Shown: positions 28,161 through 38,916, counted from the first letter of the stretch. The stretch: 46,412 nt of DNA from Chthoniobacteraceae bacterium (GCA_031409655.1 JANNXQ010000075.1:1-46412); one strand, 5' to 3'. A program made the numbers and translations. Notes: generated by a model not told the origin, from the letters alone.

Positions 28161-29732
28161 ATGGCAGAAATCTCTCCCACTTCCGCGATCGATGCGGAGT
28201 TTTACCAACCCGCCGCAGAGTTCTTTTCGGCGAATCGTCACGCGGCGCTGACTTACGACGATGTCACCCTGGCGACGCTTTACAGCGACATCCTCCCGCG
28301 GGAGACAAATCTCGAGAGCACGCTCGCGGAGCGGCTGCATCTGCACATCCCGGTGATCAGTGCGGATATGGATACGGTGACGGAGTCGCCGATGGCCATC
28401 GCCATGGCGCTGGCCGGTGGGCTCGGCCTGATCCACTGCAACATGCCGGAGCGCGATCAACTCAGCGAGGTGAGCCGGGTGAAGAACAATGTCCACGGGC
28501 TCATCCAGGAGCCGATCAAGGTGGGACCGGATCAGCTCATCGGCGATGTGCTCCGGCTGATCGAAGACCGGCGTTTTGCCTTTCGCACTTTCCCCGTGGT
28601 GGACGATGCGGGCACGCTTCTCGGGCTCCTCTCCGGGCATGTGGTCCGGCCGCGCTATGCGGGGCATTCGGTGCTGAAAGCGATGACCCCGCGGTCGCAA
28701 GTACACACGATCACCGAACGCGAACTCGGCACTGATCCCATTGCCCGCGCGGATCGCTTTTTCACCGAGCACATCGGCATCCACAAGCTGCTCGTGGTGG
28801 ATGATCGGGATCGGCTGCGGGGGCTTTTCACGATGAGCGATATCGAGCGGATCATCCACGAGCCGCAGGCGCAGTTAAAGCCCGCGCGCGACAGCGAATT
28901 CCGGCTGCTCTGCGGCGCCGCGCTCACGGCCACGCGCCATTCCACGGGCGAGCTCGATACCGAGCGGATTCGCGCGCACGTCGCGGGGCTGGTGGAGCGT
29001 GGCGTGGACGTGGTGGCCATCTCGACGGCGCATGGCTTCAGCAAAGGGGTGGGCGAGACGGTGCGGCTTATCCGCGATGCCTTCCCCTCCCTCCCGATCA
29101 TCGCGGGCAATGTGACGAGCGCCGCCGGGGTCGAGTTCCTCGCGGATTGCGGGGCGAATGTGGTGAAGGTGGGCCAGGGTCCTGGGTCCATCTGCACGAC
29201 GCGCATGGTGGCCGGCGTCGGCATCCCGCAGCTCACCGCATTGCATGTCTGCGCGCGGGCGGCGGAGTTGAAAGGCGTGAGCATCATCGCGGACGGCGGG
29301 ATCGTGAAAAGCGGGGACATCGTGAAAGCGCTCACCCTCGCGCAGGCCGTGATCTGCGGCGGCTTGCTCGCTGGCTGTCCCGAGGCGCCGGGGCAGATCA
29401 TGGAGATCAATGGCAAGCTGTACAAACAGTACCGGGGCATGGGCAGCCTGGCGGCGATGCAGGCGGGCAGCGCCGCGCGCTACGGCCACACGGCGAAGGA
29501 TGCCTCGCGCAAGATCGCTGCGGAAGGCGTCGAAGCGCTGAAGGAAGTGAGCCCGCCGCTCGACACCGTGCTCACCCAACTCGCCGGCGGCGTGCAGAGC
29601 GGCATGGGTTACCTCGGCGCGCGCGATCTCGCGGATCTCCGGCGGAAAGCGCGCTACATCCGCGTCACCCCGGCGGGCCAGCGTGAGAGCGCGCCGCATG
29701 ACATCGTGGAAGTGAAGACGGGGGCGAAGTAA
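28161..29732 (+). CDS. guaB: IMP dehydrogenase
   Basis: [18 protein letters not shown] pair, [14 protein letters not shown] (catalytic Cys), IADGGI, YRGMGS. Confidence 0.95.
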   Translation: MAEISPTSAIDAEFYQPAAEFFSANRHAALTYDDVTLATLYSDILPRETNLESTLAERLHLHIPVISADMDTVTESPMAIAMALAGGLGLIHCNMPERDQLSEVSRVKNNVHGLIQEPIKVGPDQLIGDVLRLIEDRRFAFRTFPVVDDAGTLLGLLSGHVVRPRYAGHSVLKAMTPRSQVHTITERELGTDPIARADRFFTEHIGIHKLLVVDDRDRLRGLFTMSDIERIIHEPQAQLKPARDSEFRLLCGAALTATRHSTGELDTERIRAHVAGLVERGVDVVAISTAHGFSKGVGETVRLIRDAFPSLPIIAGNVTSAAGVEFLADCGANVVKVGQGPGSICTTRMVAGVGIPQLTALHVCARAAELKGVSIIADGGIVKSGDIVKALTLAQAVICGGLLAGCPEAPGQIMEINGKLYKQYRGMGSLAAMQAGSAARYGHTAKDASRKIAAEGVEALKEVSPPLDTVLTQLAGGVQSGMGYLGARDLADLRRKARYIRVTPAGQRESAPHDIVEVKTGAK

Positions 29733-29753
29733 CGGGTCACGCGCCGCGCGCTC

Positions 29754-30557
29754 ATGCGAATCCTCGCCGTCCTGCTTTTTCTCATCCTCGCAGGCCCTGC
29801 CGCGTCGGCGAGGCCGTGGCAAAGCTGGAAGGACTGCACCCTGGAAACGGAGAAATATTTCGATGGCGATAGCTTTCACATCCGCCACGGGCGCGAGATC
29901 GTGATCATCCGCCTCTACTTCGTGGACGCGCCCGAGACTGACGATAGCTACGCCGCGCGGGTGACCGAGCAGGCTGCGTATTTCAAAGTGAACCGCAGCA
30001 CCGTCCTCAATGGCGGCGAGGCGGCGAAGCGCTTCACGGAGAAGTTCCTGTCGCGCCCCTTCCGCGTCATCACGCGCGAGCAAGCGGCTCCCGGGGCCAG
30101 CCAGGCCCAGCGCTACTACGCCATCGTCGAGACCTCCGCCGGTCGTCTCGATGCGGCGATGGTCGCCGCCGGACTCGCGCGCCCGAGCAGCGAGATTGCG
30201 GAATATCCCGACGCCACGCACGGACATGAGACCGTGCAAGATCTCCGGCTCGCGGAACAGCAGGCCGCAAAAGCCCGCCGCGGCTTGTGGGCGCATTCCA
30301 ATGCGCGCCCTGGCTCGATGAACGATGCGCTCAAGCCAACCCTCGGAAAAAACGCCGCCAACGCCGCAAGCCTGGCCCGGGTCAATCTGAACAAAGCCTC
30401 CGCGGCGGAGCTCGCAGCGCTGCCGGGAGTCGGAGCAAAAACCGCCGAGCAGTTCATCCACGCGCGGCCCATCAAGGATCTCGAGGCCCTCGATGCACTC
30501 CCGGGCATTGGTCCGAAGAAGCTCGAAGCGTTGCGCGATCTCGTCCGCTTCGAGTGA
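29754..30557 (+). CDS. Secreted thermonuclease (SNase) fused to ComEA-type helix-hairpin-helix
   Basis: DGDSF...IRLYFVDAPE...RYYA...GLA...ARRGLW; C-terminal VNLNKASAAELAALPGVG...LPGIGPK. Confidence 0.85.
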   Translation: MRILAVLLFLILAGPAASARPWQSWKDCTLETEKYFDGDSFHIRHGREIVIIRLYFVDAPETDDSYAARVTEQAAYFKVNRSTVLNGGEAAKRFTEKFLSRPFRVITREQAAPGASQAQRYYAIVETSAGRLDAAMVAAGLARPSSEIAEYPDATHGHETVQDLRLAEQQAAKARRGLWAHSNARPGSMNDALKPTLGKNAANAASLARVNLNKASAAELAALPGVGAKTAEQFIHARPIKDLEALDALPGIGPKKLEALRDLVRFE

Positions 30558-30597
30558 AAGCGTCGCGTCATCGCCCGCCGCGCGCAGCCACCTTTGC

Positions 30598-31740
30598 ATG
30601 AAACTTCTCTTCCTCTGCGGAAGCCTCGAGCCCGGGCGCGATGGCGTGGGCGATTACTGCATCCTCATGGCGCGCGCGTTGCGCGAGCTGGGCATCGAGT
30701 GCGGCTTGCTGGCGATCAATGATGCCCACCTTCGACCGGCGGACGGACTCGTCGCGGAAGGAAACATCGAGGGCACGCCTTTCCTGCGCTTGGCCGCGGG
30801 AGCGGAATGGCGCGCGCGCTCGGAGCCGGCGAAGAAATTCGTGGATCGCTTTCAGCCGAGTTGGGTCAGTGTGCAGTTCGTCTGCTACGCGTTTCACCCG
30901 CGCGGCTTTGCCTCGGAGCTAGGTCCGCAGATCGCGAGCATCGTCGGCCCCGCGCGGGTGCAGGTGATGTTTCATGAAATCTGGATCGGCGATGCGTTGC
31001 AGTACGGGCTCATCGATCGCGCCGTAGGGCTCCTGCAGAAGCGGTCCATCCGGCATCTCATCCGCACGCTGCGCCCCACGACTACGCACACCAGCAATGC
31101 CGTGTATCAGCATCTGCTCGCTGGCATCGGGGTCCACGCTCGACGCCTGCCGCTCCCGGGAAACATCGCCATCTGCGAGCCCGATCCCGGCACCCCGCCC
31201 ATCATCCGCACGAGTGGAGGGCGCGAGTGGGTGGCCGGAATATTCGGATCCATTCATCCGCGCTGGAGCGCCGAGCCGTGGCTGGACGCACTCAGCGACA
31301 TGGCGGCGAAAGATGGCCGGCAGTTGATCATCGCGCACTTCGGGGAACCCGGCGCGGCCGGCCGTGCAGTGTGGGACCGCCTTTCCTCCAGCTCTGCGCA
31401 GCGCGCAAAATTCCTCCTGCTCGGCAGGAAGAGCGCCCGGGAAATCTCGCTCCTGCTCCAGGAGGTCGACTTCGGACTGGCGACGAGTCCCTGGAATCTC
31501 ATCGAGAAAAGCGGGGCCACCGCCGCCTTCCTCGATCACGGCGTGCCGGTCCTCGTCACCCGCCAGGATTGGCTGCTGCGCGGCCAGTTCACTCCCCTCC
31601 CCTCCGCCCATCCCCTCCTCCTCCCTTACAGCCGCGAGACTCGCGAACTCCTGAAAGACGCCCGCGTGAAGCGCCGGCCGGAGTCCCGCCTTCCCGAAAT
31701 CGCGCGCCGCTTTGCCTCCGACCTCCGGCTCGGCGCGTGA
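30598..31740 (+). CDS. Glycosyltransferase (GT-B, family 4-like)
   Basis: LEPGRDGVGDY, VMFHEIW, EKSGATAAFLDHGVPVLV; start ATG 30598. Confidence 0.78.
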   Translation: MKLLFLCGSLEPGRDGVGDYCILMARALRELGIECGLLAINDAHLRPADGLVAEGNIEGTPFLRLAAGAEWRARSEPAKKFVDRFQPSWVSVQFVCYAFHPRGFASELGPQIASIVGPARVQVMFHEIWIGDALQYGLIDRAVGLLQKRSIRHLIRTLRPTTTHTSNAVYQHLLAGIGVHARRLPLPGNIAICEPDPGTPPIIRTSGGREWVAGIFGSIHPRWSAEPWLDALSDMAAKDGRQLIIAHFGEPGAAGRAVWDRLSSSSAQRAKFLLLGRKSAREISLLLQEVDFGLATSPWNLIEKSGATAAFLDHGVPVLVTRQDWLLRGQFTPLPSAHPLLLPYSRETRELLKDARVKRRPESRLPEIARRFASDLRLGA

Positions 31741-31859
31741 GCTGATAGTCCCTCGATTCCATCGAAGAGAAGCAACCCAACTCGGTTCACCACTTCTGTT
31801 GAGAAGACAGGTTGTCGGTCCTTTCTCAGCATCCCGGTTCCCACCCTCACATCCCACTC

Positions 31860-32714
31860 ATGAAAACATCGCTCACTCGCCACTTCATCCTTACCGCTCT
31901 CCTGCTCGGCTCGACGCTGGCGCTCACTGCGCAGACCACCGAGAGCAAACCCAAGCCAAAAGCGCCGCCCTTTGTCATCCCGCCAGACATCAATGGCCTC
32001 AAGACCATCATCGCCGCGCCCGCGAAAACGAAACCAATCAAGGTCGCGATCTTTGAAGGGAAAGGTGCGTCTGGTGGCGGGATCGAAAGCACGGAAGCCC
32101 GCATCCAATCCATCCCGCTGGCCACGGTGACGCGCGTGAAGGCCGAAGACTGGGCCGGGATTGATCTCAAAGCATATGATGTCGTCGTCTTCTCCGGCGG
32201 CTCGGGTAGCGCGCAGGCGGAGGCCATCGGTGAGGCAGGACGGAATAACGTGCGCGAGTATGTGCGCGGCGGTGGCGGCTATGTCGGCATCTGCGCGGGT
32301 GCCTACCTGGCCTGCTCAAACTTCAAGTGGGGCCTCGGCATCCTCAATGCCAGCACCGTCTCCAGTAAATGGCTGCGGGGCCAGGGCTTCATGGATCTCG
32401 AGGTCACAGACGAAGGGCGCAAGCTCCTCGGCGACGTCAAAGGCACCTTCAAAGTCCGCTACAACAATGGCCCGATCATCAAGCCCGCCGAGCGCACCGA
32501 CGTGCCCGCCTACACCACAGTCTCCCTTTTTCGTTCTGAGATCGCAAAGTTTGGCTCGCCCGAGGGCGTGATGGTCAATTCACCCGCCCATGCCCTCGCC
32601 ACCTTTGGCCGAGGCCGCGTCTTCATCTCCAGCCCGCATCCGGAAAACACTCCCGGCCTCGAGCACCTCATCCCGCGCGGGGTGCTGTGGGCGGGTGGTC
32701 TTGGGGATCTCTGA
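31860..32714 (+). CDS. Secreted class I glutamine amidotransferase-like (BPL-N) protein
   Basis: Signal peptide; VVFSGGSG, GYVGICAGAY (nucleophile Cys), SPHPE. Confidence 0.82.
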   Translation: MKTSLTRHFILTALLLGSTLALTAQTTESKPKPKAPPFVIPPDINGLKTIIAAPAKTKPIKVAIFEGKGASGGGIESTEARIQSIPLATVTRVKAEDWAGIDLKAYDVVVFSGGSGSAQAEAIGEAGRNNVREYVRGGGGYVGICAGAYLACSNFKWGLGILNASTVSSKWLRGQGFMDLEVTDEGRKLLGDVKGTFKVRYNNGPIIKPAERTDVPAYTTVSLFRSEIAKFGSPEGVMVNSPAHALATFGRGRVFISSPHPENTPGLEHLIPRGVLWAGGLGDL

Positions 32715-32733
32715 TCTCGGAACCCAACCAGCC

Positions 32734-34410
32734 ATGCGCCAGCTCACACTCCTCGCTCTGTGCGTCACCCTGGCCGGCGGCAGCGCCTTCGCGGAGATCG
32801 CCACCGGCGAGCGCGGCATCGTCGCCTCCGTGCATCCACTCGCCACGCAGGCCGGCATCGACGCGATGAAAGCGGGCGGCAATGCCATCGACGCCGCCGT
32901 CGCCGTCGCCCTCACGCTCGGCGTCGTGGATGGCCACAACTCCGGCCTCGGCGGCGGTTGCTTCCTGCTCATCCGCCGCGCGAATGGCGAGATCGTCGCG
33001 CTGGATGGACGCGAGATGGCACCCGCCGCCGCCAGCCGCGACATGTATCTGCGCGACGGCAAAGGCGACACGAATCTGAGCCAGACCGGAGCCCTGGCGA
33101 GCGCCGTGCCGGGCGCGCTCGCGGTCTATGCGCAAGCCGTCGCCCAGTATGGCCGGCGCTCCCTCGCCGAGCTCATCCTGCCTGCGGCAAAAATCGCCGA
33201 GGACGGTTTCCCGATTGATTTCGTCTATGCGCGCAAGCTCGCCGCGACCGCGGACAAACTGCGCCTCTTCGCATCCCCCAAGACGATCTTTTTCAAAGCC
33301 GATGGCTCCGTGCTCAGCGACGGCGAAGTGCTGAAACAAACGGACCTCGCCAAGAGCTACCGAGCAATCGCCGAGCACGGAGCGGATTGGTTTTACCGCG
33401 GTGCCTATGCGCAGACCGTCGGCGCGTGGATGAAAGCGCATGGCGGACTCATCACCGCGGAAGATTTCGAGAACTACGTCGTGCGTCCGCGCGAGGCCTT
33501 CAGCACCGGCTACCGCGGCTACGAGATCGTCGGACTGCCGCCGCCCAGTTCCGGCGGCGTCCACGTCGCCGAGATCCTGAACATCCTCGAAAACTTCGAC
33601 CTCAAATCCGCCACCGCCCCCGGCGCCCGCCATCACCTCATCGCCGAGGCCATGAAGCTCGCCTTCGCCGATCGCGCCTTCTGGCTTGGCGATCCGGATT
33701 TCGTGAAAGTGCCGCGCGGCCTCGTGGACAAAAGCTACGCGCGCGACCTTTCCAAACGCATCGACCCCAGCCGCACCACCCCCGTCCCCGCGCACAGCGT
33801 GCCCCCGGATGCGGAGACGCGCCTTTTTGAAAAGCACACCACCCACTTTTCCACCGCCGACGCCGATGGGAACTGGGTCGCCTGCACCGCGACCATCAAT
33901 ACATCCTTCGGCTCAAAGGTCATCGTGCCTGGCACCGGCATCTTTTTGAACAACGAGATGGACGACTTCTCCATCGAACCCGGCGTGCCAAATGCCTTCA
34001 AACTCGTCGGCGCGGAAGCGAATGCCGTCGCCCCGCGCAAACGCCCGCTTTCATCAATGAGCCCCACGCTCGTGCTGAAAGACGGCCAGCCGATCCTCTC
34101 CCTCGGCGCCGCCGGCGGCCCCACCATCATCTCCCAGACCGTGCTCAATCTCATCGCCGTCATCGACCTCGGCCTGCCCCTCGACGAAGCCCTCGCCCAG
34201 CCGCGCATCCATCAGCAGTGGGTGCCGGATCAATTGCGCATCGAGAAAGCGCTCCCCGCCGCGACGCGCGCCGCCCTGCAAAAAGCCGGCCACGAGCTCA
34301 CCGAGGACACCACCTTCGGAGCCTCGCAAGCCGTCGGCCGCGGCCCCGGCGGAAAGGGTTTCGTCGGCGCCAGCGACCCCCGCACGAGCGGCAAGGCGGG
34401 TGGCCTTTGA
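32734..34410 (+). CDS. ggt: Gamma-glutamyltransferase
   Basis: GGNAIDAAVA, SGLGGG, PPPSSGG, HTTHFS (Thr nucleophile), NNEMDDFS, RPLSSMSP, SDPR. Confidence 0.96.
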   Translation: MRQLTLLALCVTLAGGSAFAEIATGERGIVASVHPLATQAGIDAMKAGGNAIDAAVAVALTLGVVDGHNSGLGGGCFLLIRRANGEIVALDGREMAPAAASRDMYLRDGKGDTNLSQTGALASAVPGALAVYAQAVAQYGRRSLAELILPAAKIAEDGFPIDFVYARKLAATADKLRLFASPKTIFFKADGSVLSDGEVLKQTDLAKSYRAIAEHGADWFYRGAYAQTVGAWMKAHGGLITAEDFENYVVRPREAFSTGYRGYEIVGLPPPSSGGVHVAEILNILENFDLKSATAPGARHHLIAEAMKLAFADRAFWLGDPDFVKVPRGLVDKSYARDLSKRIDPSRTTPVPAHSVPPDAETRLFEKHTTHFSTADADGNWVACTATINTSFGSKVIVPGTGIFLNNEMDDFSIEPGVPNAFKLVGAEANAVAPRKRPLSSMSPTLVLKDGQPILSLGAAGGPTIISQTVLNLIAVIDLGLPLDEALAQPRIHQQWVPDQLRIEKALPAATRAALQKAGHELTEDTTFGASQAVGRGPGGKGFVGASDPRTSGKAGGL

Positions 34411-34440
34411 TTCGGACGGCTCCCTCCAGGTAGGAGCGGC

Positions 34441-35958
34441 CTAGCGGTCGCGCTCGCGATCGTGGCGGCGGACCGGAGCGAAGACGTGATCAAAGACATA
34501 GTTGGCAACGTTTCGCCCTTGGACGATGCCTTCGGTTTTGTCGAAGGCCCAGTGGATGCCCAGATAGATGCGGCTCTGCCCATTTTCCTCCTCTGCCTGG
34601 GAGAGCGTGCTGAAGGTGCGCGGACGATACGGACGCGTGCTGCCGTCATTCGCTTTGGTCACGCCGTTATATTCGTCGGAGACAAACGTGAAGCGGATGC
34701 AGTCCGTGCCGTAGAAGCGGCGCAGGGTCTGAAAGAGCGCGCCGCCGAAGCCCGCGTGGCCGGAAGGGTACGCGGGGAAAGGTGGCGTAAAATTCGGGCC
34801 AGCGAGATTGCTCGCGGGAGCCCCGAGCGGTAGGAAGCCGGGATCACCGATCGTGCCCGGATTTCCATCGCCCGCACCGGTGGGACCGGTGCCAGCGTCG
34901 GACTCGCGGATGCCGGTGATGGGGCGCCAGAAGTCGTGGTGGTATTTGGATTCCCACACCGCGATGCCCGCGTCGGCCATCGCCACATTCACGATCGCGA
35001 GGAGCCGCGCCACTTCGTAATCGTCCGTGCGCAACTGATCGGCGATCTGGAGCGCGATCTGATTGTACAGCCGCGGCGGCGCGCAGAGACTCGGCGTGCC
35101 GTCGTAGGCCCAAAAGATCCCGATGAAAGTTTGCTCCGCCGTGCGCACCGTCGGCGTCACCGCACCATCGCCCCCGAGACGTTTCACTTCGTTGAAAGCA
35201 GCAGCGTATTCCGCGCTATCGAAAGCCGGCGGCGGCGGGATGCGGAATTGCTCCGCCGATTGCAGGACAAAAGGCGTGCATCCGCCCCAGTATCCACCGA
35301 GTGCGAGCGGGATGAGGCTGATCGGATCCTGACGCCAATGTCCGGGCAGATCGCTGGTCAGATGATCGATGCCTACTTTGGGCTCGGCGTGTTGCGAGCC
35401 ATCGGTGGCTCGGAGAAGCAGGATGGCGGTCGCGGCGCGTCGTCCCAAGGTGATCCCATTCGCCTTTTCCGCCCGATCCCGACAGCGCCCGAGATCTTCT
35501 GCCAGCGCCGCGTCAAAGCTCGCCGCCTGGGAAGGATAGAGCGCAGCCAAAGTATCGTGGGCCGCCTGACTCGCCGCGATGTCCAGCGAAACCGGACCTG
35601 CAGGCTGTTGCACATTCGTATAACTGGCGTACCCGCCGAGCACCGCATTCACCGCATCGAAGATCGCCACATGGACGATCGCGAGCGCCCGCGCCGAACG
35701 ACACGGGCCGAGTTGCTCCCCGAAAACGCGCGACTCCCCCGGCGCGACCGGTGTGTGATCGAGACCCGCAGCATTGATCGCGATCTCATTCCAACTGCGA
35801 ATCGCGTCGAGGTTTCTCCGCGGGCCATGTCTCGGCCCCGACGGCTGATGAGGCATCGCTTGATACCGCGGACCAAAGGCCTCGCGGGCTTCATTATCGT
35901 CGGCGCTCGCGAGCACCGAGAGGCTCAGACTGAGAATGACAAACAGAGGAGTTTTCAT
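34441..35958 (-). CDS. Secreted vanadium-dependent haloperoxidase
   Basis: Signal peptide from ATG 35958; WESKYHHDFWRP, PPFPAYPSGHA, SRIYLGIHW vanadate-binding motifs. Confidence 0.88.
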   Translation of the reverse strand: MKTPLFVILSLSLSVLASADDNEAREAFGPRYQAMPHQPSGPRHGPRRNLDAIRSWNEIAINAAGLDHTPVAPGESRVFGEQLGPCRSARALAIVHVAIFDAVNAVLGGYASYTNVQQPAGPVSLDIAASQAAHDTLAALYPSQAASFDAALAEDLGRCRDRAEKANGITLGRRAATAILLLRATDGSQHAEPKVGIDHLTSDLPGHWRQDPISLIPLALGGYWGGCTPFVLQSAEQFRIPPPPAFDSAEYAAAFNEVKRLGGDGAVTPTVRTAEQTFIGIFWAYDGTPSLCAPPRLYNQIALQIADQLRTDDYEVARLLAIVNVAMADAGIAVWESKYHHDFWRPITGIRESDAGTGPTGAGDGNPGTIGDPGFLPLGAPASNLAGPNFTPPFPAYPSGHAGFGGALFQTLRRFYGTDCIRFTFVSDEYNGVTKANDGSTRPYRPRTFSTLSQAEEENGQSRIYLGIHWAFDKTEGIVQGRNVANYVFDHVFAPVRRHDRERDR

Positions 35959-36392
35959 TCCGGGATGGGTCGTTGAGGACGTTGAGGATATCGCCCGGAC
36001 GAAGGACAGACTAGGGAAAGAGCCCAGCGGCCAGGAGGATGAAGAATCCGCGAATCCGATCCACGAATTCACCCAAGCACATAGCCTCTTTTCGGAACGA
36101 TGTGAAGCAAGCATTCGCGCCCGCGCGCGGCTTGGGTGGATGGCGCGCTCCGAGCGCCATGGCAAAACAAATGCCGGAGGCCCATTCTATCAGAGCGGCG
36201 CTGGCGCGCGATCCGCAGCCATGGCCCCGCCTCCCGGTCAAAATCGCTTTTCCCCCACCAACACGTGCGGCGGCCCCGGACATTTCTCAGAATCAAAAAC
36301 GCACATTGAGAAACCGCGCCCCCCGCCCGGCACCCCCTGCCGCAGAAGCATTCGACAAGCGCACTTCTGCGGCTCTTAATCCTCCGACCCCG

Positions 36393-36949
36393 ATGGCCGA
36401 AGGAGCATTCACCCCAGAGACGTTTATCGAGCGATGGGGAATTGCCGAAGCCTCCGAGCGCGCCAATGCCCAGCTCTTCCTCACCGAACTGGCCGACCTC
36501 CTCGCCGTCCCGCGTCTTGCCAATAGCCACGCCAGCGGCTACTCCTTTGAGTTCCCGGTGAAGATCCCCACCGGCCCCGGCGAATCCACCGACGGCCGTA
36601 TCGATCTCTACCGCCGCGGCTCCTTCGTACTGGAGGCGAAGCAATTCGTCGCGCCCAAGCCCGAGCAGACCGATCTCCAGCTCGCCGAGATGCAGACCGG
36701 CACCGACTACTCCGTCATCCTCAACAAAAAGCTGCTCCGCTTCAACGGCGGCCTCTTCGAAGACGCCAGCGTTCTGGCGCTCGATGGCACGCAGCTCGGC
36801 ATCCTCATCAAGGCCTCCGCCATGCAGTGGAAGGACGTCGAGCCCGCCGAGGAGGCGGAGGGGAATAGGGAGGTCGGTGGACGGGCAAGCATTCTTCGGC
36901 ACCCTGCTCGAGCGCGCGCTCGATCCCGAGGAGCGCCACCAGCTCGGCA
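36393..36949 (+). pseudogene. MmeI-like Type IIL restriction-modification enzyme, 5' remnant
   Basis: FIERW...SERANAQLFLTELADLL...GRIDLYRRGSFVLEAKQ; internal deletion to LLRFNGGLF...WKDVEPA; about 42-bp insert with frameshift, then FGTLLERALDPEERHQLG; breaks where AHYTP is expected. Confidence 0.85.
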
Positions 36950-37000
36950 CGGTAGCCGTAGCCTCGACTTATGCGAAGCGACCTGTTGACTTCTCCGTGC

Positions 37001-37885
37001 ATGCCCAAGCCCAAAAAACCGCCCACGCCGCGTTACGGTATCGCCGAACTCTATGGGCATTGCCTCGAAGACCTGAGCGCCGAGGACATCCGGCGACTGG
37101 CTTCCGCTCCACGGAAAAGTCAGCCGTGTCCTTTTCGCGGCTCCACTTGCAACAAGAATGGCGGCGTGTGCAGCTTCCGACTTTACAAGTCCGATAGCCC
37201 CCGCGGCATGTCCGCTGACAATGATATCGTCAGCCTTTGTCCGCATCGATTTCGCGAAGCCGATACTGTCTTCAATTGGGTAGGTCGCGAATTGCTCGGA
37301 TGCGCCAAGCCTACAATCATCCGAGAAGTTCCGTTCCTTCTCGGCAATACTGGACTCCCTGATGATGACCCCGATGCTGTCGGGCAGATCGACATGGTGC
37401 TCATTGATGAAAACAAACCCCTGCTCCATTGGTGTGCCTTGGAAATCCAAGCCGTTTATTTCTCTGGTGAAGGTATGCCCTCTCAGTTCGCGATCCTCCG
37501 CGAATGGCATGGCCCGGGCTTGCCATTTCCAGACAAGAACCGCCGCCCTGATTTCCGCAGTTCCGGGCCGAAGCGCCTCATGCCTCAACTCCAGACAAAA
37601 GTCCCCACGCTTCGTCGATGGGGCAAGAAGATGGCGGTCGTGGTGGACCTTCCCTTTTGGAAAAGTCTGGGACCGATGGACCATGTCGGAGACGTTTCGA
37701 ACTGCGACGTTGCTTGGTTCGTTGTCGGTTATGAGAGGAACCCGAAAGGCTTTTCTCTCACTCCACACAGCCTACACCTGACTACGCTGGAACGCGCGGT
37801 CGAAGGTCTCACCGGCGGGCGTCCTGTCAGCCTCAACGCTTTCGAGACGAGCATCCGCACTCGGCTACCAAGCCCAGCCTCTTAG
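37001..37885 (+). CDS. NotI-family restriction endonuclease
   Basis: Cys4 motif CPF..CNK..GVCS...CPHRF; IDMVL...ALEIQAVYFSG; RRPDFRSSGPKRLMPQL. Confidence 0.85.
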   Translation: MPKPKKPPTPRYGIAELYGHCLEDLSAEDIRRLASAPRKSQPCPFRGSTCNKNGGVCSFRLYKSDSPRGMSADNDIVSLCPHRFREADTVFNWVGRELLGCAKPTIIREVPFLLGNTGLPDDDPDAVGQIDMVLIDENKPLLHWCALEIQAVYFSGEGMPSQFAILREWHGPGLPFPDKNRRPDFRSSGPKRLMPQLQTKVPTLRRWGKKMAVVVDLPFWKSLGPMDHVGDVSNCDVAWFVVGYERNPKGFSLTPHSLHLTTLERAVEGLTGGRPVSLNAFETSIRTRLPSPAS

Positions 37886-38910
37886 TCGAGCCAAGATAGG
37901 TCACGACCAATGAGCAACTCGGTCATCTCTTCGTGGTGAGTGTTCTTCATCGCAATTGGTCGGGCCACGAATCCGAAACGAGCAGCCAGTTCCCGCACCT
38001 CGGGAGTGTTATCGTAGCTCATCAAGAAATCGCCCCTGACTCGCTGCATCTGAGCAAAGAGAGCCTCATGGTCCACTTGCCAACACGTGTAGAGGCGCTT
38101 GGCCGCTACCGTATAGGGCGGGTCCACGTAAAAAACAGTTTCTTGATCTTCTGCGTGCTCGGCCATCAATGCGAGCCCATCGCCCTGCGTGAAAACAAGC
38201 CGTTCCTTCTGCGTGTTAATCTCTCGTATCCGCCGCGCGAGCGTCTCGGGATACCATCGTGCCGCCAACCCTCGGTTTGCCTCACCCGTTTTTACCAACC
38301 CAGCTCCCGGGGCCATGATTCCGCCTCGCTGCACACGGTTGCGAAGAAGGGTTTGGAACGCAAGTTCGGGCACTGTTGTAGCCGCCCGCCCAAGCACAGC
38401 GCGAACGCGTTTCTCAGTGAGATCAAACCCTTCGATCTCCTTCGCCAGCCAGTCCGCGCGCCCATTCAACACCACCTTCCACACCGCAGCGACGCCACCG
38501 TCCATCTCGGAGAAGAAGACTTGCCCGGCCAGCGCCTCAAAGGCTGCTGTGAGGCTGATGATTGCTCCGCCGGCAAACGGCTCGACCAAGCGTGCTGGGC
38601 GGCGCGGACGTGCCAGCAGCCAGCGACGCACGTAAGGCACCAGCCACGTTTTTCCACCGGGATACCGAAACGGACTGCGCTGCGGAATGCTCGACACATT
38701 TACCGGGCGATCGACCGAATACTTCACGCTTTTCCGTGGAAGGGCTTCCAATTCCAACGTGCCTTCCAACTCCTGCACCACGCTGCGATCCCCTGCATCC
38801 CATCTACGGGCAAGTTCCAACAAGCGCGGGGCAAATTCCCGCGGCACCCGGATCACCGTCGTATCGCCGGCTTGCCATCTCTTTCGGTAGGACGTGGAAG
38901 AATTCGCCAT
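37882..38910 (-). CDS. Dam/D12-class N6-adenine DNA methyltransferase with RHH-like N-terminal extension
   Basis: SPFRYPGGKTW, VEPFAGG, FYVDPPY, MSYD; convergent with and overlapping the REase stop. Confidence 0.9.
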   Translation of the reverse strand: MANSSTSYRKRWQAGDTTVIRVPREFAPRLLELARRWDAGDRSVVQELEGTLELEALPRKSVKYSVDRPVNVSSIPQRSPFRYPGGKTWLVPYVRRWLLARPRRPARLVEPFAGGAIISLTAAFEALAGQVFFSEMDGGVAAVWKVVLNGRADWLAKEIEGFDLTEKRVRAVLGRAATTVPELAFQTLLRNRVQRGGIMAPGAGLVKTGEANRGLAARWYPETLARRIREINTQKERLVFTQGDGLALMAEHAEDQETVFYVDPPYTVAAKRLYTCWQVDHEALFAQMQRVRGDFLMSYDNTPEVRELAARFGFVARPIAMKNTHHEEMTELLIGRDLSWLD

Positions 38911-38916
38911 GCGCAG

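Noticed and set aside
36089..36102. TTTTCGGAACGATG shared with 22330-22343 as a regulatory motif
   Set aside because: Only two copies upstream of unrelated genes; cannot be separated from chance.
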